The notes below the pieces were generated by a model that did not search any database, had not been told where the DNA came from, and saw only the letters and a program-made list of their open reading frames with translations. Shown in pieces: positions 31,051 through 39,803 of a stretch of DNA of 64,000 nt. Location of the stretch: NCBI GenBank assembly GCA_965116925.1, contig OZ220744.1, positions 5,120,001 to 5,184,000 on the forward strand. The letters are read 5' to 3'. Numbering within the stretch: position 1 is the first letter of the stretch; every line of letters starts with the position of its first letter. Origin of the DNA: Candidatus Poribacteria bacterium (GTDB lineage: Bacteria > Poribacteria > WGA-4E > PCPOR2b). The position numbers and the translations under genes are program-made.

Positions 31051-31363
31051 GGTTCTGTTGACATTTAACGGCCCGTAGGTTGGGTTGAACGGTTAAAATC
31101 CAATCCCTATCAAGTCCAATAGAGGCTTGATCTTTCAACGACACCTGCTTATAGACAGATAGAGTGAAACCCAACTCCGTTTTTCATCGGGAAGTCTCCT
31201 TTTGAAAACATTATTCCCTAAAAGCTGTCTTTTGTACCACGGTCTGTTAGATTGTGATCTCCGTCCGCAAACCAATCCCGACATGTCGGGACACGACTGA
31301 TGGCAGATTCCCCGATGATTACAGCGTTTGCCGAATCAGCAGCTTCAAAATGTCAACACGCCC
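31051..31363. mobile_element. Family-D MITE (IS5-like ends) with TA duplication
   Basis: TA-GGTTCTGTTGACATTT...AAATGTCAACACGCCC-TA; left ends also at ~46919 and ~51115. Confidence 0.75.
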
Positions 31364-31880
31364 TAAAGTTTGGAAAATTTTTAGGTGAAAAAAGGCAGAA
31401 AAGAGGTTATCCTTTCAGAAATCACCACAAGGTAGGTCTGCACTAAAGTGTGGAGTAGTGAAATCGGCACTCAAGTTTGCAAAATCGTTCATACAGCAAC
31501 AAGGCATTCATCAGAGAAATCCTCAATGAACACGGGGTTTCGAGGCGTATTACCGATGTATGCCATTTTTGGGTGTGCCTCGGATTTTGCCCATAATTTC
31601 AGACATTTGATGCCTACCACACTTAACTGCGGTGCTACCCACCACAATTTTGAAGGTAGAAATTGTTATCAAACTGTCTACGGATCAAAATTCACAAACT
31701 AAAATCTGTCTGCAACGCAAGCGAAAACCAACCCTCAAAATAGAAAAACTTACCCCTTAAAAACCCAATTCCTTCTTTTTAGTGATTGATTTGTAGACCG
31801 CTACGTGGAATTCATCATGAACTTCAGTAGCATCCCTCCTCCTGTTTTCGTTTTAACTTTGCAGCCAATCTTTTTTCTCC

Positions 31881-31909
31881 TTGACAAATAGATTTGATTG
31901 GTTTATAAT
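31881..31909 (+). promoter_or_regulatory. Consensus sigma70 promoter upstream of CBASS
   Basis: TTGACA-17 bp-TATAAT, overlapped by inverted repeats. Confidence 0.75.
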
Positions 31910-32072
31910 TTGGCGAATTTTTTGAATTTTTGTCAACCAATCTTTCTGTTAGTAGAATTATGCCGTAAATCCATTTACCAGTTACACTCTTGTTTATTTT
32001 ACTTGCTTTTTTTAACACATGTATAAAATTTAACGTTTGCGTAATGCTGGACAGCATAAAGGAAATTTTTCT

Positions 32073-33584
32073 ATGGCAAAATCCATTGACGCACGAAGAA
32101 AGGGGGATGAATACCAAGCTAGATTCTTTTGGTTGAAGCTACTTGAACTGAGAACTGATGATTATGTTGAATCAGTTACCTTTGAAAGTGATGAAGTATC
32201 TTTTGTGGATGATATTGTTGTTTCCTACTGTGAGCCTAAACTAGATCGGGGGACAGGTAAGCGAATTGTTCGCGACCTATTTCAGTGTAAGTATCACATG
32301 ACACAACGCGACGCGTTCACTCATGAAAAACTGATTGAACCGCGTTTTATAAAGCGTAAGATTTCCATGCTTAAATGCCTGTACGACGCATATTTGAAAC
32401 TTTCAGGAGAGTTAGATCCAGATACATTTCGATTGTATATTGTCTCCAACTGGTATTGGGATTACCGGGATCCACTTGCTAAGTATTTACATGAGGAAAT
32501 GATTCGTCCAGACTTTTATGAAAAAGGGACGCGGTCGATGAGGGATATAGCACGCTCAAGATGGTACAGGCATCTTTCCATATCACCGGAAGAACTTCGT
32601 TCATTCTTAGATACTGTTCGGTTTAGTCTGGGAAAAAATCTTATTGATTTAACAAGGGAAATGGAACTGCGTCTTAAACTTGCTGGGCTGCAACCGATTG
32701 ACCTGACTGTGACTAACATTGTTTATGATGACCTCGCTTGGAAGCTTTTTGGGCGGGGATGCAACTCTTTTGATAAAAATTCCTTTAACCAAATGATACG
32801 CGAAGAAAAACTGGTGGTTTCGCCGCCCACAGAACACAGTGAAATTTCCATTCAAAGTTTCGCGCAATATGCACGACGACCCCGTGATCTTCAAGCAACG
32901 CATCTTGATTTATGCAAATTTTTTGATGGGCGTTTTCCGAAAGATGGTTCTTGTTGGAAACAGGAGATTCCTAAACGGGTTACGACATTCATGTTGAATG
33001 AAGGCTTGAGCAATCTGCCTCAACCCATTCATTTGTTCTTTGACTGCCATCTGAGCATTGCGTTCTTAGCGGGGCATTTGATTAGTCCTAAACATCGGAT
33101 TCAGATTATACCCACACAAAAGGAAGGAATTGACTATGTGCTTTGGGCACAGAATGTGCCCGATACCAATGATAATCTCTGGCAGTTCAAAACCATTGGG
33201 GAAATAAACAAGGAGCTGATTTTGGGGATTTCTGTGACGCATCAAATACAGACAGATCTGCAATCCTATCTAGAGGTTGAGGGTTTAAGCAACTTGCCTC
33301 AAGTTTTGGTTTGCCCAACGGGAGGTGCTAATCCCCGAGCCGTATGTGATGGGGACCATGCTTGGCAGCTTGGATATCAGCTTGCTAAACGGCTTCGCGA
33401 GATGCTCCCACATACGCGTCATACGATACACCTCTTTTTTGCGGGTCCCGTTGCATTAGGATATATTTTTGGACACACACTTCGTCATATCACTCCACAG
33501 ATTCAACTTTATGAACACGACTATGAAGGACAGCGTGGCGGACAGAGATATTATCCAAGTCTACGTATTCCTTATCAATCTTAA
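32073..33584 (+). CDS. cap4: CBASS effector Cap4 (restriction-endonuclease-like domain + SAVED)
   Basis: G.EYQARFFW...E...VDDIV...FQCKYH nuclease motif; SAVED with HLSIAFLAG and HLFFAGP...GH motifs. Confidence 0.9.
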   Translation: MAKSIDARRKGDEYQARFFWLKLLELRTDDYVESVTFESDEVSFVDDIVVSYCEPKLDRGTGKRIVRDLFQCKYHMTQRDAFTHEKLIEPRFIKRKISMLKCLYDAYLKLSGELDPDTFRLYIVSNWYWDYRDPLAKYLHEEMIRPDFYEKGTRSMRDIARSRWYRHLSISPEELRSFLDTVRFSLGKNLIDLTREMELRLKLAGLQPIDLTVTNIVYDDLAWKLFGRGCNSFDKNSFNQMIREEKLVVSPPTEHSEISIQSFAQYARRPRDLQATHLDLCKFFDGRFPKDGSCWKQEIPKRVTTFMLNEGLSNLPQPIHLFFDCHLSIAFLAGHLISPKHRIQIIPTQKEGIDYVLWAQNVPDTNDNLWQFKTIGEINKELILGISVTHQIQTDLQSYLEVEGLSNLPQVLVCPTGGANPRAVCDGDHAWQLGYQLAKRLREMLPHTRHTIHLFFAGPVALGYIFGHTLRHITPQIQLYEHDYEGQRGGQRYYPSLRIPYQS

Positions 33585-33603
33585 CTATTCGGAGGATTAA
33601 ATC

Positions 33604-34737
33604 ATGAAATTACCAACCTATTTTACGAAATTTCTCCAAGAGGTTCGTCCAACAGAGAATCAAAGGGAGGATTGCAAAACAGGACATCAAACGCTACGTG
33701 ATCGGCTCACAGCAGATGAACAGTTGAAACTGATTATCGTAAGTACATTTCTACAAGGAAGTTACCGTCGAGCTACCGCTGTTCGTCCAAAGGGAGAAGC
33801 TAAGTTAGATGTAGACATCATCGCAGTAACTCGAATTAATCAGTTTGAGTACCCAAACCCAGATGACGCGATGGATCTATTCGTTCCTTTTTTAGATGAA
33901 CACTACAAAGGCAAATATCAAAGGCAGGGACGTTCATTTGGAATCGAGCTTTCGTATGTGAATCTCGATTTAGTTATTACTTCAGCACCATCCGAAGCTG
34001 AAGAAGAAATTTACGAAAGCAAAGCAGTTAGAATGGACTTTACACTTGAGGATATTGACGATTGGCTATTGACGAAGTCTTGGATTCCGCCGGCTGAAAG
34101 GGTAAACCAAACTGTTTTCTTGGAAAGCCTACGTGAGGCAGAATGGAAAACCGAACCATTATGGATTCCAAATCGCGATGCTGGCGAGTGGGAACGGACG
34201 CATCCATTAGAGCAAATCAAATGGACTTGGGCGAAGAATGCCAGTTGCAATAAGCATTATATCAATGTGGTTAAGGCAATTAAATGGTGGCAGAGAGTTT
34301 ATCATGAAGATGACCGTCCCAAAGGGTATCCGCGTGAACACCTTGTAGGTGTCTGTTGTCCTGATGCCATAACGTCTGTTGCGGAAGGAGTTACGCTGAC
34401 ATTAGAGGCCATTGTCGCGAATTACAGGACATATGCTCTGCTTAAGCGAGTGCCCTATCTTGCCGATCACGGCGTTCCTGAACACAATGTTTTGGGGCGA
34501 GTGTCTGGCGAAAAATTTGCTGAGTTTTACGAACATGCCAAGAAAGCTGCTGAAATAGCACGTGAAGCTCTTGATACTGATGATAAAGAGAAGTCTATTG
34601 AGAAGTGGCGTGAATTATTTGGCAGTAAGTTTCCGGATTCCGATGATAATGGGAATGAGGGAAATAGTTCCAGGGGTCCCTTTACGCGGTCCCCTAGAGA
34701 CCAAACTGGTGATCTAACACCTCGCAGATATGGATAA
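33604..34737 (+). CDS. cdnD: CBASS CD-NTase, CdnD-like
   Basis: STFLQGSYRRATAVRP....DVDI, QGRSFGIELSYVNLDLV, THPL.QI.W, KWW, DHGV.EH and W..LFGSKFP; C-terminal Gly. Confidence 0.92.
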   Translation: MKLPTYFTKFLQEVRPTENQREDCKTGHQTLRDRLTADEQLKLIIVSTFLQGSYRRATAVRPKGEAKLDVDIIAVTRINQFEYPNPDDAMDLFVPFLDEHYKGKYQRQGRSFGIELSYVNLDLVITSAPSEAEEEIYESKAVRMDFTLEDIDDWLLTKSWIPPAERVNQTVFLESLREAEWKTEPLWIPNRDAGEWERTHPLEQIKWTWAKNASCNKHYINVVKAIKWWQRVYHEDDRPKGYPREHLVGVCCPDAITSVAEGVTLTLEAIVANYRTYALLKRVPYLADHGVPEHNVLGRVSGEKFAEFYEHAKKAAEIAREALDTDDKEKSIEKWRELFGSKFPDSDDNGNEGNSSRGPFTRSPRDQTGDLTPRRYG

Positions 34738-36580
34738 AATGCCAAACCAGAGGGAAATCCCATATATTGTGATAGAAGCCTATAACTCTCTGCGACAACA
34801 CCGGATTGTTGAAATTAGCAAACCGATTGCTTGGAGTCAGAGCGAAGGTGCTCCGGGTTGGGTATTTGAGTGTGCTGCCAAAGTGCCCTATCCGAATCAG
34901 GAGAAGATTCCCTGTGAAGTTCCTTTACACGTCTTGATTCCTGAAGCATTTCCAAGCCAACCAGTTGAAATCGTTTCTCTGTCTGAACAAGTGAGTGGCT
35001 TCCCTCACCAAGAGGCAGGATCGAGAAAATTATGCTTGCCAGAAGAACATCTAGCTCCTCGGAATGCTCAACGGCTTGTTTGCTACGTTAAATGGGCAAT
35101 TGAATGGCTTGAGGAGGCAGCAAATGGGACACTTCTTAAACCGGATGACCCGTATGAATTACCTGCCTTTAGTTATAAATTTCACCCAATAAAATCTCCT
35201 TTAATTTTTGAAGAATCATCAGACTCCTACGAAAAATGGGAGTCTCATATTGGTCAATCTGGTCGTGTTGAATGCTTATGGGGAGCGGAAATTCCGGCGA
35301 TATTCGCTGTCAGATTCTGCGATGAAGGCGGTTCACTGATTAGAGAATCAAAATTCTCTACGGCGGTCCTAAACAAAGATGCCAAAATTGATGGGAAGTG
35401 GATTATTGTACCCGACCTCCGTTATGAAAGGCATCGCCCACCTCAAACCTATCAGGAAATGGCCGAGTTGTGTTCAAAGAATAATTTGAACTTTCACGTG
35501 ATTCTCGAAGAGGCTTGGAATCTTGAAAATTCGATTAAGTTTGGAATTCTGCTCATCGGTTTTCCAATTCCCAAAATTGTTGGACAGCCGCCCACCGAAA
35601 TCCATTGGCAACCCCTGCTTTTTAAAAATGTCAATCAGTATCTTAAGGAATTCAATATCCCGGGTGCCAAGCAGAGACCAAAAGGTCAATCTCAGACACC
35701 TAGAAAAATCTGGGGGAGATTGATAAACAATGGTAATTTTTCAGCATCTAAACAGCTGCCTTGGGGAACAGTTGAAAATGTTGCCCATGGGAGATTATAT
35801 GCAAGAGGTGCCCACCCTCCCAAGGTTCAATCGACATCTATTGCTTTTTTCGGTTGCGGCGCGTTAGGGAGTTCTGTGGCAGAATTACTTGCACGAGGTG
35901 GTGTAAACCAACTGAGCCTATTTGATCCGGATTTAACAAATTTTGGTAATCTCTGTCGTCATACCCTTGATGGCTCATCTGTCAGTGTGAATAAAGCAAA
36001 GGCGTTAGCAGCTAGACTATCGCGAGCGAACCCCCTTTCGACGGTAAGGGGGTATCCTGTAAGAATACCACTAAACTCACGATCGGATGAAGCAATTCAT
36101 CGAATGCTTGCGGAGGCCGATGTATTTGTCGATTGCACCACGAGTGAGGCAGCATTTGACTGGTTGAATCAATATGCTGTAGAAAACAACAAGCGTTTGA
36201 TTTCTTTCTTCTTCAGTTTCCATGCAGAATTGCTAACGATATGTATATCGGGTGATTCCACGTCGTGTGGGGACATATTTAAGGATTTAACATGTTCTAT
36301 CGAAAATGAAAAAACACCGCTTGATTCCGAGGTATATTTTCGTGATCCTCCAAAAGGAGAACAAATCATAGAAGGTGCAGGATGTTGGCATCCGACTTTT
36401 CCTGCTCGAAGCGCTCATGTCCAAATTCTAGCAGCGCACGCTGTAGATATTCTCAGCAACTCTATTGACTCAAAGCAAAAAATAGGGCTTGCAGCAATTG
36501 TCAAGAGGCAGTCAGTGGCGCAAAATGGTGTCCAACCAGGACCGCTTGTTGAGGTGATATGGGCAAAAGAATATCCATAA
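34730..36580 (+). CDS. cap2: CBASS Cap2 (E2-E1 ubiquitin-transferase-like)
   Basis: FPHQ..KLCL (E2 Cys); GCGALGS..A..LARGG, NLCRH, DCT and GCWHPTF (E1 Cys). Confidence 0.9.
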   Translation: MDKMPNQREIPYIVIEAYNSLRQHRIVEISKPIAWSQSEGAPGWVFECAAKVPYPNQEKIPCEVPLHVLIPEAFPSQPVEIVSLSEQVSGFPHQEAGSRKLCLPEEHLAPRNAQRLVCYVKWAIEWLEEAANGTLLKPDDPYELPAFSYKFHPIKSPLIFEESSDSYEKWESHIGQSGRVECLWGAEIPAIFAVRFCDEGGSLIRESKFSTAVLNKDAKIDGKWIIVPDLRYERHRPPQTYQEMAELCSKNNLNFHVILEEAWNLENSIKFGILLIGFPIPKIVGQPPTEIHWQPLLFKNVNQYLKEFNIPGAKQRPKGQSQTPRKIWGRLINNGNFSASKQLPWGTVENVAHGRLYARGAHPPKVQSTSIAFFGCGALGSSVAELLARGGVNQLSLFDPDLTNFGNLCRHTLDGSSVSVNKAKALAARLSRANPLSTVRGYPVRIPLNSRSDEAIHRMLAEADVFVDCTTSEAAFDWLNQYAVENNKRLISFFFSFHAELLTICISGDSTSCGDIFKDLTCSIENEKTPLDSEVYFRDPPKGEQIIEGAGCWHPTFPARSAHVQILAAHAVDILSNSIDSKQKIGLAAIVKRQSVAQNGVQPGPLVEVIWAKEYP

Positions 36581-37080
36581 ATAGACCTTCGCTAAGTTGG
36601 CAGTCTGACTGTAGACGGTATACAGTGCTCATATCCAAGTCTTGCCTGCTTAAGATGGTAAGAATGGCGCAGAAACATTATCCCAACGAGGTAGGAACAT
36701 CGTTAGTTGGCTGTTATTCTGATGATGGTTTTGAGGCTTCTGTTCTCGAACTTGCACCCTTGAGTCCAGACTCAAAAGGTTCTCGAACTTCGTTTTATAG
36801 GGGAGTTGCAGGTTTGCGAAATTTCTTTACAAAACTGCAAAAGACTTTCTCTGGTAGACGGTATTATGTGGGCGAGTGGCATAGCCATCCAGATGGTGAG
36901 CCCGTTCCAAGCAGTACGGATAACCGGAATCAGTTAGAGATTGCAAAGGACACCAAAACAGACTGTCCTGAATGTATTCTTATTATTATCGGAGGTACAG
37001 ATTCTAATTTCGATAAAATAGGTGTTTTTGTGTATTCTCGAAAGCATGGACGGGTTATGCTTTACGACGCAGATAGATGA
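36559..37080 (+). CDS. cap3: CBASS Cap3 JAB/MPN metalloprotease
   Basis: PNEVG..LVG and YYVGEWHSHP....PS.TD motifs. Confidence 0.92.
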   Translation: MGKRISINRPSLSWQSDCRRYTVLISKSCLLKMVRMAQKHYPNEVGTSLVGCYSDDGFEASVLELAPLSPDSKGSRTSFYRGVAGLRNFFTKLQKTFSGRRYYVGEWHSHPDGEPVPSSTDNRNQLEIAKDTKTDCPECILIIIGGTDSNFDKIGVFVYSRKHGRVMLYDADR

Positions 37081-37327
37081 ACAACGATCTAAAACACCGG
37101 GATATAATCCGAAAGATTACTGGGATGTCTCTGAGGTACATAAATTTTTAGATAATGGTTTCTGTGTGAGTAATCACTGTCCTGTGTGTGGAAGTTCTAC
37201 ATAACCAATAACGACGACTGATTTTTGAACTCAATTCAATAGTTACCTACTGCCTCTCTAACATCTTCCTCCTTTTCCCACCTTGACTGTGCAAGAAATC
37301 CCTCTTCTCCTTAGATCTTTTTTTTCC

Positions 37328-37385
37328 TTGAAAAATTAATCCGTTTGATTCATAATTAGGCAGGTTTAAGGGCTGTTTGTAAACC
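37328..37385 (+). promoter_or_regulatory. Promoter plus candidate operator of the HTH-ImmA/MazF operon
   Basis: TTGAAA-17 bp-CATAAT followed by GGTTTA-N11-TAAACC. Confidence 0.5.
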
Positions 37386-37419
37386 CAATTCTTCATTGAA
37401 TCCATGTGAGGACAAAATA

Positions 37420-38952
37420 ATGTCAACCAAACATGACGAAATTGCCAAATTTATTGCGGCTCGGGAAGGCGTTTCTTATAATCAGGGCCCAGGTCCAGAT
37501 ATCAAAACGCCTCATCAAATTATTGAGGTGGAAACAGCCGACACCATTACAGATGCCGCTCGACAACTTCGAGGGTACAGAGGCCCCGTCTACGTGGTTG
37601 GAGTAGACTCCAAAGCCACTGAGGCGGCTTTGGAGCACTACAAAGATACAACAATTGGAGTGATGGATGCTTCCGGTAAAATCCTGAAGCGTTCGACACG
37701 CAAGAGGTCGTCTTCAATGAACATTGAAAAAGAAGAGCTTGCAACTGAACAAAGAGATACTGCGCTCATGTTGGGAGAACGATTGAAACGATTTAGGCTT
37801 GCTCGTGGCATGTCGCTTGACGACCTAGAGGCTGCTATTGATGGACTAGTTACCAAGCAAGCTCTATCAAAATATGAACGCGGGAAGATGCAAGCCAAGG
37901 TGACAACACTCAATCGAATTGCTGCCGCATTGGGAATTAAATCTGCTCAATTGTGGGGCGAACCAACCTGTCAGGTGGAGTGGGTTGCCTATCGAAAACG
38001 CGCTCGCATGGGTAAGAAAGAACAAGAACAGCTACAGAGTCTTGTCGCTGAAGTGTTGGAGAAACGGGTCTCCCTACTGGAGCGGATGGGTGAACACAAA
38101 ACTCTTGAACTTCCGATTCAAGAGTTTCCTATTTCCAAAATAGAAGACGCTGAAGGTGCTGCCCTCGTGCTCCGTCAGCAGTGGGACCTCGGCATTGCCC
38201 CAATTGCAAATCTTGTGAGTGTGCTTGAAGACCATTTCATCCACATCATTGAGGTTGATGCGATTGAAACCTTTGATGGCATTTCTGCTGTGGTGCGAGA
38301 TAACGACAAAAATGTGCTGTCGGCAGCGATCGCAACGCGCCGGGGCACACCGGGAGACCGACATCGACTCAACATAGCACACGAACTCGGACACCTGACT
38401 TTGAAATTGGGTGAAGGGATTGATGCAGAAAAAGCTGCTTTTCGATTTGGTGCCGCTTTTCTTCTGCCCGCCGAGGAATTGCGTCGGGAAGTCGGTGAGA
38501 AGTTAAGTCGAATTCAGTCAGAACAGCTCCAGTACCTAAAATGGCGTTACGGAATGAGTATTCAAGCAATTCTTTATCGGTTGAAGGATTTGCGGATTAT
38601 TACCGACTCCTACTATACACAGTGGTGCATGGAAATCAACAAATTGGGTTGGAAAAAGCGAGAGCCCATTGAAATACCTCCTGAAAAACCAAAGTGGTTT
38701 CATCAGCAGGTGTTTCGCGCGCTTTCCGAAGGATTGATAGAGGAGGAGGAAGCCGAACAACTCCTTAACGACACACTGGAGACCGCTTCATCCCCGTCGC
38801 TGATTGAACGACGCGCTTTCTTTGAACTGCCAACGGATTTGAGACGCAGCCTGTTGAGAGAACAGGCGAAGCAAATGGCGGATTATTACCAAAACGATCC
38901 CGAATGGCGCGAACTTGAAGGGGGGGACCTTGTTGAATACGAATCCACCTAA
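37420..38952 (+). CDS. Fusion: small PD-(D/E)xK-like domain + XRE HTH + ImmA/IrrE metallopeptidase + antitoxin-like acidic tail
   Basis: PDI...IIEVET; GERLKRFRLARGMSL..L....TKQALSKYE; R.NIAHELGH and E..A.RF..AFLLP; tail RRAFFELP..LRR.LL.EQA..MA.YY..D.EW. Confidence 0.8.
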   Translation: MSTKHDEIAKFIAAREGVSYNQGPGPDIKTPHQIIEVETADTITDAARQLRGYRGPVYVVGVDSKATEAALEHYKDTTIGVMDASGKILKRSTRKRSSSMNIEKEELATEQRDTALMLGERLKRFRLARGMSLDDLEAAIDGLVTKQALSKYERGKMQAKVTTLNRIAAALGIKSAQLWGEPTCQVEWVAYRKRARMGKKEQEQLQSLVAEVLEKRVSLLERMGEHKTLELPIQEFPISKIEDAEGAALVLRQQWDLGIAPIANLVSVLEDHFIHIIEVDAIETFDGISAVVRDNDKNVLSAAIATRRGTPGDRHRLNIAHELGHLTLKLGEGIDAEKAAFRFGAAFLLPAEELRREVGEKLSRIQSEQLQYLKWRYGMSIQAILYRLKDLRIITDSYYTQWCMEINKLGWKKREPIEIPPEKPKWFHQQVFRALSEGLIEEEEAEQLLNDTLETASSPSLIERRAFFELPTDLRRSLLREQAKQMADYYQNDPEWRELEGGDLVEYEST

Positions 38953-39295
38953 TCCGCGTCGGGGAGAGGTTTGGGATCTAAACTTCGATCCGACGATTGG
39001 CGCAGAAATTCAGAAAATCCGTCCCGCTGTAGTTATCAGTTCCGATCGCGTGGGACATTTGCCGATTAAGTTGGTCGCCCCAATCACCGGTTGGCAAAAC
39101 CGATTTCTGAGAAACGTCTGGCATGTTCGTATCGAGCCCAGTGGCATCAACGGCTTAACAAAGATTTCAGCTGTTGACACGCTGCAAATCCGGGGGGTGG
39201 ATGTGAAACGCTTTATTAGCAGACGAGGCAGACTCAACACAACACTTATGCAAGAGATTACTGCGGTAATCGCCGCAATTATCGAATACGAATAA
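38933..39295 (+). CDS. MazF/PemK family endoribonuclease toxin
   Basis: PRRGEVW...FDPT.G.E..K.RPAVVIS, VAPIT and S.VD..QIR.VD motifs; the start overlaps the upstream gene end. Confidence 0.93.
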   Translation: MNTNPPNPRRGEVWDLNFDPTIGAEIQKIRPAVVISSDRVGHLPIKLVAPITGWQNRFLRNVWHVRIEPSGINGLTKISAVDTLQIRGVDVKRFISRRGRLNTTLMQEITAVIAAIIEYE

Positions 39296-39337
39296 TTCTG
39301 TGCACAGGAGGTAAGGAAGGCAGCAAGTAAAAGAATC

Positions 39338-39702
39338 AAGACTTACGCACTTCAGAGTTTTGACCTGCCAGTGCCCTGCCAAATCCCTGACATTTGGCAA
39401 GATTATGGTGCCATTTGAGTGAAAAACGGTTCATAAACAGTGCGTATTTGGCAGGTCAAAAAGCCACCTGGACGTACCTTTTGTTGAGCAGTACAAATCT
39501 ACAAACGCTCTGAAGCTAGGCCCCATCAGGGTTCAGAGAGACATCGGCTAATGATGAACCCCCGATGTGGGGTTGAAATTTTTTTTTGGACCTGCCAGTG
39601 CCCTGCCAAATTACCAAATCGTGCCGGTGGGGCATTAAAGCAGCGGTGTAAATTCCGCGTAGCGGAGGAGGTTAGCTTTAAGCGTTCAACTGCGTAAGTC
39701 CT
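39338..39702. mobile_element. Family-A-ended element with atypical repeat-rich cargo
   Basis: AAGACTTACGCACTTCAGA...GTTCAACTGCGTAAGTCCT; 23-bp direct repeat at 39362 and 39589. Confidence 0.75.
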
Positions 39703-39803
39703 ATCAAATTTTTCAAAAAACTATGAAAACTATGAAAATTCCAAGAATTTTTTAACGATATTTTTCAAATAGCAGCTTGAGTGACTATAAGGAATCATTA
39801 AGG

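Noticed and set aside
37078..37204. Extra CBASS gene after cap3 (CPVCG-containing frame)
   Set aside because: No in-frame start or RBS and very short; at most a remnant.
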